A stretch of DNA of 64,000 nt from the human T2T-CHM13v2.0 reference genome, Homo sapiens. The DNA lies in the NCBI RefSeq assembly GCF_009914755.1, contig NC_060939.1. One strand, given 5' to 3'. Positions within the stretch are counted from its first letter, which is position 1. Each line of letters starts with the position of its first letter. Positions 14,551 through 26,573 of this stretch are shown piece after piece. The notes beneath the pieces were generated by a model, which worked only from the letters and a program-made list of their open reading frames with translations, was not told the origin of the DNA and searched no databases. The translations under genes were made by a program, and so were the position numbers.

Positions 14551-17496
14551 GGAATGTTCCATGTTCATTTGAGAAAAATGTATATTCTTCTGCTGTTGGG
14601 TGGACTATTCTGTATATGTTGTTAGGTTTAGTTAGTCTGTAGACTTTTTCAAGTCCTTTATTTCCTTATTAATCCTCACTGGGGTTGTTGTAGCCACTAT
14701 TGAAAGTGGAGTACTGAAATCTCTTAGTATTATTGTGCTTCAGTCCATTTCTCCCTTCAATTGTGTCAAAGTTTCATTCATATATTTTAGAGCTTTGAGA
14801 TTTGGTGCATAAATATTTATAACTATTGTATTTTCTTGGTAAATTGACCTTTTTAATCATTATATAATGACCTTATTTGTCTCTTGCACCAGGTTTTGAT
14901 TTAAAGTCTGTTTTGTCTGGGTTAGTGTAGCCACTCCTGCTCTCTTTTGGTTATCATTTACATAGAACATCTTTTTCCATTCTTATACTTTCAACCCATG
15001 TGTGTCCTCAGATCTAAAGTGGGTCTCTTTTTGACAGTACATAGTTGGATCCTTTTTAAAAAACAAATTCATTCAACCAACCTATGTCTTTTGATTGGGA
15101 AATTTCATCCATTTACATTTAAAGTACCCATAAGGATTATTTATTGCCATTTTGTTTATTGTTTTATCTTGTAGCTTTCTTGTCCATCTTTTTCTCTTCC
15201 TTCCTTCCTTCATGTTTTGTTGATTTTTTTAGTGATATCCTTTGATTCCCTTTCTATTTCTATTTATGTATACTCTATGGATATTTTCTTTGTGACTACC
15301 ATTGAAAATATATAAAATATCTTAAAGTTACAGCATTCTATTTAAAACTAATAACTTCAATCACATATTAAAACTCTACTTCTTTACAGTTCTAATCTCC
15401 CATTTTATGTCACTGATGTCACAAATTACATCTCTAAATATAATAGACCCATCAACATGGATTTATAGGGTTTTTTGTATTTTGTTAAGTTCTGTGTACC
15501 AAAAATTACAATAGTACAGGTTTCTATATTTTTCCATGTATTTACCTTTGCCAGAGAACCTTGTATTTTTGTATGGCTTCATGTAGATATCTACTATTCT
15601 TTCATTTGAACTTGAAGGATTCTATTTAGCATTTTCTGTAGAGCAGGTCTAGTAGTAAAGAACTCTCACATTTTACCTGAGAAAGTATTAGTTTTTTACA
15701 TTTTAAAAGATAGTTTTGCTAGATATAATACCCTTGGTTGACAGGTTTTTTTTTCTTTCTATACTTTGAATATATCACCCCATTCTCTTCCATTCTACAA
15801 AGTTTCTGCTGAGGAATCCACTGATAAGCAAATGGAAATCCCTTTACATGAGATGAATCACTTTTCTCTTTCTGCTTTTCAAAAACAAGATTTTCTCTTT
15901 GTCTTTGACTTTGCATAGTTTGCTTATAATGTTTCTCAGTGTGGTTCTCTTTGGATTTATCCTAGCTGTAGTTTTTAAGCTTCATGAGTCTGTATGTCCA
16001 TTTCTTTCCTCAGATATGGAAAGTTTTCAAACATTATTTGTTTAAATAGGCTCTCTTCCTCTTTCTCTCTACTCCTTCAGAGTTTCCCATAATGTGTATG
16101 TTGATACCCTTAATAGTGTCTCAACAGTCGCTTAAGCGATCTTCACTTTTCTCCATTCTTTTTTCTGTTTGCTCCTCTGACTCAATGATTTCAAATGACC
16201 TCTTTTCATGTTTGCTGATTTTTTCATCTGCCTTATCAAGTCTGCTGTTGAGCCATTCCAGTAAAATTTCTAGTTTAGTTATTGTATTTTCCGGTTACAG
16301 AATTTCTATTTGGTTCTTTATAATTTCTGTCTCTGTTGATGCTCTTATTTTGTTCAGGCATTGTTTTCCCGACTTTGCTTAGTTTTCTGACTGTGTTCTC
16401 TTTTAGCCCACTGAGTATTTTTTATGATAGTTATTTTAAATTCTTTATCAGGCAGGTGATAGATTTATACGTTTTTTGAGGTTGGTTTCTTGAATTTTAT
16501 TTTGTTCCATTGAGTGGGCCATGTGTTTTTTGCTTCTTTATATGCCTTGTGTTTTATTTCAGGCTGCTATAACAAAATATCATAAACTGGGTTACTTATC
16601 AAGAACATAAACATATTTCTCACAGTTCTGGAGGCTGGAAGTTCAATATCATGGTGACAGCATGATCAGACTCTGGCAAGGTCCTTCTTCTAAGTTGCAG
16701 ACAGCCATATAACCTCAGATGACCAGCAGAAGGCGAATTAGTTCTCTGGCTTCTTCTTATAAGGGTATCCTACTCATGATGGCTTCACCTTTATGACCTA
16801 GTTACCCCTCAATGACCCCATCTCTAAATACCATCACATTGAGGATTCAATTTTAACATACAACTTTTGGAGGAAACACAAACATCTGTCCATTATACCT
16901 TATTATTTCTTTTGCTGGGATTTAGGCATTTGGAAAAACAACCACCACTGATATTTTTTGTATGCTGGCTTTGTAAAGGGGAAGACCTTCACCCATTTGG
17001 CCCTGCTGGAGGTTCCAGGACTTCTCAAACCTTTTCTGACCTTTTGCTCCTTCTGATAACTGTGGAACTGCAGCTTTAATATGGGCTCATCTCTTTTCAT
17101 CTGCTTTCAAACCCTGGCACTGATCCCATCATCAATGCTCTGGATTAGGCAAGACAGAAACTAGTCCCTCAAGCAGCCCCCAGATGAGCCAGAAAGTTGG
17201 ATGTATGATCCACCTTTTACATGTGTCCTGAGGGAGGGATCCTGATATGGAAAGTTTTCTCCTAGTAGCTCTCTACTATGCTGCATAGGGGAAGGGGCAC
17301 AAATGCTGAAGATTTTTCTGTTTTTTTCACTGGAATCCTGTCTTGCTTTTACAATGGCTGGGTGTTGTAGCATCTTAACCGGTCTCTGTAGTTCTCACAG
17401 CGGTATTCTGGTTCATATATTTTTGTTAACTCAGTTTCTCTGTGGGGAAGAGAGAGCCTGTAGCTTCATAGCCCACCATCTTACTGATGTCACTCC
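14551..17496 (-). mobile_element. Nested L1 5' portion (5'UTR, ORF1, start of ORF2), interrupted by an MST/MLT1A LTR
   Basis: Reverse ORF2 endonuclease region at 14551-15130; frameshifted ORF1 remnant ~15720-16450 ('aaagacaaagagaaaatcttg...gattcctcagcagaaactt' on the minus strand); L1 5' terminus 'GGAGTGACATCAGTAAGATGG' on the minus strand starting at 17496. Confidence 0.82.
16548..16896 (-). mobile_element. MaLR solo LTR, MSTD/MLT1A-like, inserted in L1
   Basis: 'ttcaggctgctataacaaaatatcataaactggg...cacagttctggaggctggaag...aataccatcacatt...cacaaacat'. Confidence 0.88.
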
Positions 17497-17975
17497 TTAC
17501 GTCTTTTTAGTGCTGAATAGTATTTCATTGCCTGGATATACAACAGTTTATTTATCCATTCACCTACTGAAGAATATCTTGGTTGCTTTCAAGTTTTAGC
17601 AATAATGAATAAAACTGCTATGAACTCCTGCGAACAAATTTTCTTATGAACATAAACTTTCAACTCGTTTAGGTAAATATCAATAATTGCAATTCCTGGA
17701 TCATATGGTAACATTGTTTAGTTTTGTAGTAAACTGTCCAACTGTCTTCCACAGTGTCTGTGGCATTTTGCATGTCTACTAGCAGTGAATGAGGTTTCCA
17801 GTCCTCCACATCTTCACCAGCAGTTGGTGTTGTAAGCGTTTTGAATTTTGGCCATTCTGTGTACGATAATCCTTCATTGTTTTTTCATGCTGCAATTACC
17901 TAATAGCACATGGTGTTGAGCATCTTTTTATATGCTATTTTCTATCTACATATCTTCTTTGGTGAAGTGTCTGTT
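17497..17975 (-). mobile_element. L1MC1/2-like (host element, proximal part)
   Basis: 'tctttttagtgctgaatagtatttcattg...tttatccattcacctactgaag' continues the consensus from where 14550 breaks off. Confidence 0.85.
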
Positions 17976-18695
17976 TTTTCTTATTTCTTTCTCACCCCAT
18001 TCCCACTTCTGAGAAATTCTGATGTCATGTGATAGTTTCCTTTTGATGATTACTCACATACAAATGAGGTAAATTCTTAGTGGGCTATTTAATTCAGATT
18101 TATATAGGCATGTGGCTGTGGCTCTATTGCATACAAAAAAAATTTTTTAATGACATGTGATGTGTGTATGAGTGAATATTTTTAGCCATTAGTTCTCTCA
18201 GTGAACTGAGAACTGCCCTGCAGAATTACTCATAATGCAGTACATTCTCCTTCTCTTACGGTCTCACAAACTGCTTCCTCCAAAATGGCTTTTCTTTATA
18301 AATCCCTGTTTTGTCACACTGTCATATTTTTTAGATTGCCTACCAAAAAAAATAATAATCCAGGGAGGCACAGTGAACCAACTCATACACTGCTTTCCCA
18401 CTGTGTCAAGCAAGTTGTTCTCCTCAGGCTGTGCCACTGGAAGGAGAATTGGGCTCTGCTTTCTCTGAGATCTGCAGCTACACGCATGTTCCATATCTTT
18501 CCCACTTCCCTGTTGCCTATTATAACTTTGGGCAGCCTTTCCTTCTATTTTGTGGTTCTGAGTTTCAAAAGTCTGTTAGTTTAATCAAAACTGGAGTTTG
18601 TGTGTCTGGGTCTTGTACCTCTGTTGCATTTGGGTGATTTCTGGGAGATGAGAAAAATGTCTAATGTTATCTGGCCATTTTAAACCCAGATCCTA

Positions 18696-18740
18696 ATTGC
18701 TTCTCAGCCTTTGGGCTAGGATCTGTTCTTGTCAGTTTAA
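18696..18740 (+). pseudogene. U2 snRNA 5' fragment (processed pseudogene) with an internal 12-nt deletion
   Basis: ATTGCTTCTCAGCCTTTGGGCTAGGATC matches U2 nt 1-28 (24/28), directly followed by TGTTCTTGTCAGTTTAA matching U2 nt 41-57 (16/17). Confidence 0.85.
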
Positions 18741-21700
18741 AACTAGACTTCAGTGGCTTTTCAAAAATTCTGTAGCCACTTGGATTTCTTTTCTTGTTAA
18801 TTACTTAATTATCCATTCACATCCTTTTTAACCTTTTGGGGTATTCCTTTAGTAGTCAGCAAAACAATTTGAAAATTAACAAAATATTTTCTCAAAGGAG
18901 GGTGGTAGTGACCATGATGTGAGTAGCATTCAGAGCTGATAGGAAGAGGCAGCCTTCAGTCCAATGGGACTGTCTCTGACTCTTCCTATTGGAGTCCATT
19001 GCCCAAGAGGTCTTAATTCCTAAGAACTCCCTGGGCTCATTGCTGGGCCTGGCTTATCATCTTGTTATTTTGGGTGCCACTACTAGAAGGATATTGAGAG
19101 AGTTGAGGAATAGGAAAGATAACCTTTCCTGAGTGATGTGAAAAATTCTTTCATATCTGTTTTCTTCTCTTTGCTGTCTTCCCATCATCAGCAGAACTGT
19201 CTAGGGCCATTTGCTTTGTCATAAGACTTTTGAGAAAATAACTGAATAAAATTTTTCTAATTTGGAATGAGTTGAAGTTTACATACACTTAGGGCCACAG
19301 TTTATCTCTTTCTTCTTTCATTTATTTAGCATATAGAAAGGCAAAGCAAATCAAGTCAAAATACAAATTGTTCCTAACTCATATGTGCACAGGTATCAAT
19401 GAGCTGATGTGTATATGAAATGATAACACTTTTTTTACATATAACTTCCAAGTCATTTGAGCTAAAAATAAATCTACCATTGACCCCAAGCAGGAAGTTA
19501 GACATATGAAAAATTGCTCTGTACCTCTACATAGGTGCATTCTTCAAGCAAACATGGAATTGGATACAACTTTCCTCTTGATCAGTACAAATTAGGGAGA
19601 AGATATCATTTAAATATTGTGTATTATCTAAAACTCTCTGACTATATAACCTCAGATAGATTACATAAGACAGAACTAGTTACAGGGCTGTTATTTTTCC
19701 CTACTACCAAAACATCGTTAATCACAGAAGCATTTCTGCTCAAACAGAAAAGCAGTATATTACAATTTTATTATTTAAAGATCTTGAAAACGGTTTGTAG
19801 ACAATATTATCAGTCACCTCCAGACAGTGGGAGGAGAATGGGGGAAGAAGAATCAGATAGAGTTAGAATTCTCAAAAGTTTATAACAAATAGACTTGAAT
19901 GTTTGTTCTAAATACGAGTGCCTTGTTTACACATGATTAACACAATACGAGAAGGCATTCTATAACCTAAACTAATCCAAATCCTACCTGCTTGACTAAT
20001 AGTGGCAGTCATTAATTGATTTCGCAGTAGCTAGATTTTTCTTTTATCATTTCACAATCGGGTTGGCAAAAACTGAAAAGATGTAGTAATGAAAAACAGA
20101 GAAAAATACTCCCAAATGACATAAAAATGCATTTGGAAGTTGCTTGGCTTATTCAAGATAAAAGCCTTGGAAAAATTAGCCCTGGTATCATGGAAAATAT
20201 TTTTGAAATTTTGGTGACTCCTTGTTCTTCGTGAAGAAAATAAATCATGGTATCAGTGGAGCAGAAAACACAAGGGAATTTTCAATGAAATGTTTTCTTT
20301 CTTTTCCACTGATGCAATATTTGAAATGGGAGCACAGGGCATATTTCTAAGCAAAGTAGTTTTCAACAAGCATAGCTCTTTTCGGTAAATCACCTGTGGT
20401 CTTATGAACAAATAATTGTAGACATCAAATTAAAAGACATGAATTTAACATACGAATTGTGGTCTTTGTAACTGATTAAATCATGTATCAGTCTTCACAT
20501 GTCCTTTATTCACATTCAAAGCACTCTAATCAGAGTGAAACATTGCTTAGGTTTTGTTAGGACATTACCACACTTTGTAAATCATCATACTTTATGAAGT
20601 AATGACCTCTTTATTACCTCAGTAGGAAGGTCTGCATTCATTTATCACATGGTAAAACTGGTCTTGATCCTTGAAGAAACTAAGCAAGGAGTGAGAGCTC
20701 TGTTGTTCTGCTGATGGGGCTCAGTCTGTTCTTCCTCTTTTCCAACAATCACACTTATTTCCAGGAAAGAGGTAAAAGCCTTTGTTGGAATCACATGGAT
20801 TCCAGATCAGACCGAAGTCCACAACACTTCCTTTCCCCTACCAGGGGCTACCTCTTGGTTACATTACCTGACCTATATATGTATTTTTAAGCTCTCTTCT
20901 CTTTAACTTGGTAGCATGGGAAAATTGTTCTGGTTATCACAGCTAGAAAAAGCAACCCACTGCTATGTGATAGAATTTTGATTAAGCAGAGGCTTAAGGC
21001 TGGACATGGCAGTGATTTCTATTTAAGTATTTATAAATGTTTGCTATATCTCATGAATTCCCACCTCTGGCATAAGCACTTTCCGTTTGAGGTTCCCCTT
21101 AGTGTCCTGAGTTTGTAGGACAGTTAACCTCCATGGGATTGAGTTCCCGAATTAGATATTCTGCTTTCAGAAAGTGGCCCTCAGGAATAAAACTCATGCA
21201 GCAGGATTGAAACAAACTTTGGATACAGAAGCAACAAAACTAAAAGCACTTAAGAAAATATTAGTTATAAATCAAGCAAAATTCCTACTGGTCATGTTAT
21301 AATATTTAATATATCAAAATAGAACATAACAAAATGTGTGGATGCTTCAAAATTACTTATCAGAACAGCATAAAGGGATATCTTATACCTTTCCATGACT
21401 TGTTTTCATTACCCTTTCTCTGATGTCCACCAATACATGGCAAATCATTTCAAAGTATGGAAAATGAAATCAATGAATATTCAAACTGGCTATTTCAGCT
21501 ATGGCAGTGAGTTAAAACCAAGGTGTATAATTTTCTTGGTTTTAAATTTTCCTTAGTATTTCAGCTCTATTTTTTTAGATGATATAGTATGTGATTGGTA
21601 TTTTTCAGTGATCAAAACAGACAGAAACCCTTGCTTTCACAGAGTTTTCATTGTTTCTTTTCCTATGTGTTTAGTTAGCAGTATTGATATAGTCCAGGGA

Positions 21701-21989
21701 CTCCTAGAAACACCTGTTGTGTTGCTTTGGTGAGCAGATGCTGTTCATCTTCCATGGCACCTGTATTTTATCTGCATGGAGGTGAGTGGCATGCATGGGA
21801 AAAGAGGAGAGCTAGACGTATGCATTGTGGAATATAGGGATCTCTATTTTTAAAAATCTCTCAATTCTGTGAAAAGACAGCACAAACAAACTAAACCTAA
21901 GTACAGCACCACAGCCCATGTAGGCTTTCTGTTCCTCTAGATCTAAGGTGAAGCTGGAGGGTATTAGTATAATTTTGTTTGGCATTACA

Positions 21990-22100
21990 AAGAGAGGGTA
22001 GAATTCAGAGTCACACAGACCTGGGATGCATTCTAGTTTGTGGCCTGAGGTATATCCAATAAACTCTTTGGGTCTCAGTTCCTCAACTCTTTTTAGAATT
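21990..22100 (+). mobile_element. MIR fragment
   Basis: 'cagagtcacacagacctggga...ctctttgggtctcagttcctca'. Confidence 0.55.
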
Positions 22101-22134
22101 TAGCATCATTTACTTTGTGGGTTCTATGTCTATT

Positions 22135-22260
22135 TTCTTCATTTAGGAAAAAGTATTTATTGAACATCTGGTGTGTCCATTTAGGCACTGCTCTAAGTGC
22201 TGGGGACATAACAATGAAGAAAATAGTCAAACATTCTCGCCCTTGTGGAACTTATAAGGA
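22135..22260 (-). mobile_element. L2 3' end
   Basis: 'gtatttattgaacatctggtgtg...aggcactgctctaagtgctggggacataacaatgaa'. Confidence 0.7.
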
Positions 22261-23340
22261 CAGAGAGTATCTTACCTATTAATGTAGAAAAATTGGATTC
22301 ACTCGTAACAACAACAAAAATGAATTTTCCCGTAACAAAAATGGAAGCAAAATGCTATTTTGAAATATTCTTAAAGTAACATCAGAAATTAGTATGCACC
22401 TATCATGTATAGCCTCATTATGTTCTACTTTGTCTTGCCATGCAGATGAGCTCAGCCAGAGTACTTCTCAGAGAGGATACCACGTGGATGCAAATAAGAG
22501 CAGAGAAAGCACCGAGTAGTTACAATGGTCCTTGCTGGGTGTTTGGAGAAGCTAATTATTTGAGAGAGAAACAAGCCTAGGAAAGACTTTTGGGATTAGG
22601 TGAAAAGTGTACCCTTGCAGGGAGCAAGAAGCCATGCCATGCCCAGGCTTTCGATCGCTCCACCACAGGATATCATTGTCCACAGGCCCTAACTTTAGTT
22701 CTTGATTTTTCCAACCTCTCTTTAAAGTTTATTCTTATTTTCCAAAACTTAGAAACCATGCCCAATGGAATATTGGCTGTGAAATGAATGAATGTGTGTC
22801 TCTGTTAGATCAGCCAGGCTGTTTCTCTTAACACATTCCCCCGACATGATTCTGAGATACATTAACATCACAATGCTTTCTTGACCATCGAGTCACACAG
22901 AAATGAAACCAGTCTGAAAAGATTTACTTTCCACAAGGCTATTTAAGTTACGACTACAATTTTTCTAGAGTCTCTTCTAGTTCCAAAGTACACATATATG
23001 AGTTATCTTTTTCTTTTCAAGACGAATTTTCTGGTTATGCTCCATTGTAAATCCCCTTTCGAAGTAGAAAGGACTTGTAAATAAATAATATGAGAAATTA
23101 TTGTTACTTTTATCTAGGTTGAGGGGTTTATATAAATTCTGAGAATAATGAAGGATTCTATACTATGTAATCTATGAATCCCATTTTTTGCCGAAGATGT
23201 GACATGCCATGAGACTTTGCTGATGTGAATGGATACTATACATCTTATGTTCTTTTTCAATCACTTATTCTCCTACCTTATGATGCCTGTTTTATTTTCT
23301 TGCCCCAAGTAATGTTCTCTCTCAGTCTCTGAGGACTTAA

Positions 23341-23460
23341 TAGCTCCATAAAGGCAAGGATCTTTAATTTTTTTTCGGTTTTATTCACTGCTTTATATCT
23401 AGAGCCTAAAACGATGTCTGGCATACAATAAACACTCAATATTTATTGACTGTTGAATGA
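23341..23460 (+). mobile_element. L2 3' end
   Basis: 'agctccataaaggcaagga...tctggcatacaataaacactcaatattt...tgaatga'. Confidence 0.7.
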
Positions 23461-23504
23461 GTTTTGGTTTTTAAATTTAGATGATGAAAGCAAATATATA
23501 TCTA

Positions 23505-23676
23505 GCCACTAGTATGTGCCAAATACTCTTTTAAGCACTTTACACCTATTAACTTATTTAATCCTTAAAATAACCCACACAGGCACAGAGAGAATATAAA
23601 TTTGTCCAAGTTTATTGGCAGAGGCAGGATTTGAACTCAAGCAGTCTGCCTCTGAGTCATTAACCACTGCACTACT
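23505..23676 (-). mobile_element. MIR
   Basis: 'tatgtgcc...aagcactttac...ggcagaggcaggatttgaactcaagcagtctg...ttaaccact'. Confidence 0.75.
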
Positions 23677-23930
23677 ACCGACTCTCTAGATAGCATACTT
23701 GGTAGAGAAAAAACATGTATGTTTTCCTTGCTTTTTAATATTAATTTTTAATTTTATATTTCTAAGTTATTTTATTAATTTAAATATATATTCATGTATG
23801 CACTGACTATATATTACAAATTTGTGGTTCAAAATTCAAAAGGTACAAAGAGATATAAAAGGAAAAGTCTCTCTCCTCACTCCTGTTCTTGAGCCAACCA
23901 GTTCTCCTTCCTAGAGGCAGCCAACAGCTT

Positions 23931-24143
23931 GTTCAAGTCTAATTCTGGCTCTGCGCTCCCCAGACATGTAACTTCAGGCAGAATACCTAATTTTTCTGTG
24001 CCTTGGTTCTCCGGCCTGAAAAATGGGGATAATAAAATACCTCCCACATGGAGTTTTTATGAGAATTAAGTGAATTAATATTTGTAAAATGCTTAGAATG
24101 GTACCTGTCACAAAATAAGTGCCAATAAATATTAGCCATTATT
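23931..24143 (+). mobile_element. MIR (probably within an old L1ME fragment)
   Basis: 'tctgtgccttggtt...aaaatggggataata...gagaattaagtgaattaatatttgtaaaatgcttagaa...caataaatattagc'. Confidence 0.8.
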
Positions 24144-24399
24144 AATTTTGTGAGTCCTTCCAGATAGTTTACTCATATGTAAGATATATACATATATACA
24201 CACACACACCTACACATACTCCTTTACCTCTCCCCCAGCCATTTTTTTTACAAATACAATTATGCACCTTGCTTTTCTCACATTTTAATTAAAAAATAAG
24301 TCCGCAAATATATTTTCTTCTGATAACCCACTATCAGCATTTCTGATGTGTGTCTTCTTGGCTTGAAGAAGGATAACTATGGTTTCCTGCTACTTTTTT

Positions 24400-26300
24400 T
24401 ATTATTTCTTATTATTGTGATGGACATTGACGGAGAATAGCCATTCTGAGGGCAACCTGCGATAGGTAGGAATTAACAAAATCAGTCATGAAAAATGAGT
24501 GATGGTATAGATTGTGACCTTTTGAAGCTGGTTTTGGTCTCTGATCCATGTGGCTGTGGCAGCACCAAGAATTTCTGTATCAGGAAGTTGGGTACTAGCA
24601 ATGATCTGACAAGAAAGTGGGGCCGGGGGATCTGTCTTAGAGTTGCATTTTCATAGAAAACATACTGTTTTCACCTGGCTTTAACACATATATGAAGTGG
24701 GGGTGTTTGCTGATGCAAGCTGTGAAGGAGAGGCATTATACCTGCCCCCCTCCCCTTTCCATCAAAGCATTCCTTGACCCTACCCCTGCCTCATGGCACT
24801 GTTGCCCTTGGCTCTACCATTTGGAGAAACAAAACAAAATGAAAACAAAACAAAAGAGAGAAACATAAGACCCATTTTCCTGATAGGCGCCCTGCCCGTA
24901 GAAGAAGAGCTGCAGCTTTGGCCCAGTCGGGAGGGTATGACAACCCCAAGTAGAGAGCTACTGAGAGAGGGAAGAGGAGAAGTAGGGGTTTTAATTGCAA
25001 TTGCATTTTGATAGGAAGGGTAGTTGATCATACAACAGGTGAAGGAGGTCTTCTAGGGAGTGGGAGGGCCCAGACACTGGCTGTTAGCCAAATCCTCTCT
25101 CAGCTGCTCCCTGTGGTTTGGTGACTCAGGATTACAGAGGCATCCTGTTTCAGGGAACAAAAAGATTTTAGCTGCCAGCAGAGAGCACCACATACATTAG
25201 AATGGTAAGGACTGCCACCTCCTTCAAGAACAGGAGTGAGGGTGGTGGTGAATGGGAATGGAAGCCTGCATTCCCTGATGCATTTGTGCTCTCTCAAATC
25301 CTGTCTTAGTCTTAGGAAAGGAAGTAAAGTTTCAAGGACGGTTCCGAACTGCTTTTTGTCTCTGGGCTCAAGTTAGAGAACCTTGCAATCCTCAAAGATG
25401 TTAGGGCAGGAACAATCTGTCTTTCCAACCCCGTTTGAATGGCTTTTAGGTCACAAGTTATCCAAGAATGTCAGGGAAACTTTGCAGTTACACACCGACT
25501 CTCTGGTAAGGAAGCTCCAGAGAGACTGTGCCATGTGATGTCCCACATCAGTAGCCTGGAAGCCACAGAGTAACCCCAGACCCCTGACTCCCGGTCCCTT
25601 TGTCCTCTGAGGAGCTTCTCGGTCAGGGCCCTCATCCCAAATTCAGCCTTGTTGACCTTTTTCAAACTCAGCACTGAAAGGCTTCAAGGGCAACAGGAAG
25701 TCCCCAGGGAAGGGCAGCATCACCTTTAGGGGCTGCTGCTTTACTGGCTCTGTGCACAGAGAGTTCTGCACATGGAATGTGGACACTACATGTTTCTGAG
25801 CTGCTGCAGCTGCTCTGAACAAACGGACTCCCCCACTCCCGGGGAATCGAAACTACACAGTTTCACTCTGTCTTGTTGTGTTGTCAGCTGGCTTTCAGCA
25901 TTCCCTTGTCCCCACAGAAACCTCTACATGGATCCCTTGCATGGGTGTTGTACAATGGGAGCTTTCATTCCTGCTTTGGCACCTGCAACCCTGGGTTAAC
26001 AGTACCATGGAGCGGAGAAAGCGTTTACCAGAGTGCGGTGCCGCGATCCCACCCCGTGCAGCAGTTGAGCAGAGGCAAGTAGCAGGGCTATGTGTGCCTG
26101 CAGGGAAGGAGGGGAGATGAATCATGGGAGAACCATTCCCGCTGCTACCCTGAGTACTCGGAATGTCAACTACAAGTGTATTGTGTGAGGCAAAATGATA
26201 CCCAATATTTACCCCTAACATATTCTGGGCTCCCAGGGGAAAACAGACCACAGAACCAAATGTACCAGCCAGGGTTCTTGGTTACAAGCCACAGAATCCA
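24400..26300. promoter_or_regulatory. Candidate enhancer/alternative promoter (repeat-poor, motif-dense, locally higher GC/CpG)
   Basis: E-box 25101, RUNX TGTGGTTT 25112, AP-1 TGACTCA 25122, inverted TEAD pair 25255/25269, NF-kB-type GGAAGTCCCC 25696 overlapping EBF TCCCCAGGGA 25701, EICE GGAATCGAAA 25843, EBF 26231, RUNX 26247; several retained CpGs at 26010-26060. Confidence 0.6.
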
Positions 26301-26311
26301 TTCTTAATCAG

Positions 26312-26508
26312 AAGGCTGGTTCTGGAGCCAGGCTTTGAGGTCTCCATTCTGTCTTTATCTGTTACTCGCTGTAGGACCTATAAACCAATTATTCAACCAC
26401 TCTGGGCTTCAGATTTTCATTCGTCAGATGAGGGCAGAAGGATTAATGCATTGAATATATGTGAACTAACTGGAGCAGGGCCTGACTCATATGAAGCATT
26501 CTGTTAAC
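26312..26508 (+). mobile_element. MIR
   Basis: 'ttctggagccaggc...ctctgggcttcagattttcattcgtcagatg...cagggcctgactcata'. Confidence 0.65.
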
Positions 26509-26522
26509 CATCATCACCATCA

Positions 26523-26556
<34 letters not shown>

Positions 26557-26573
26557 GATCATCATCATCATCA
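26509..26573 (+). repeat. Compound (CAC)n/(CAT)n trinucleotide microsatellite at a MIR tail
   Basis: Directly visible, about 21 triplets. Confidence 0.95.

Noticed and set aside
15719-16382. ORFs within the nested L1
   Set aside because: Frameshifted L1 ORF1 remnant and its antisense; not an intact CDS.
18000-18692. Possible very old L1ME/HAL1 5' region
   Set aside because: Only a weak terminal resemblance ('ggccattttaaacccaga'); cannot be supported by eye.
19060-19115. Possible L3/CR1 fragment (similar hint at ~57120-57210)
   Set aside because: Too short and diverged to call without an HMM search.
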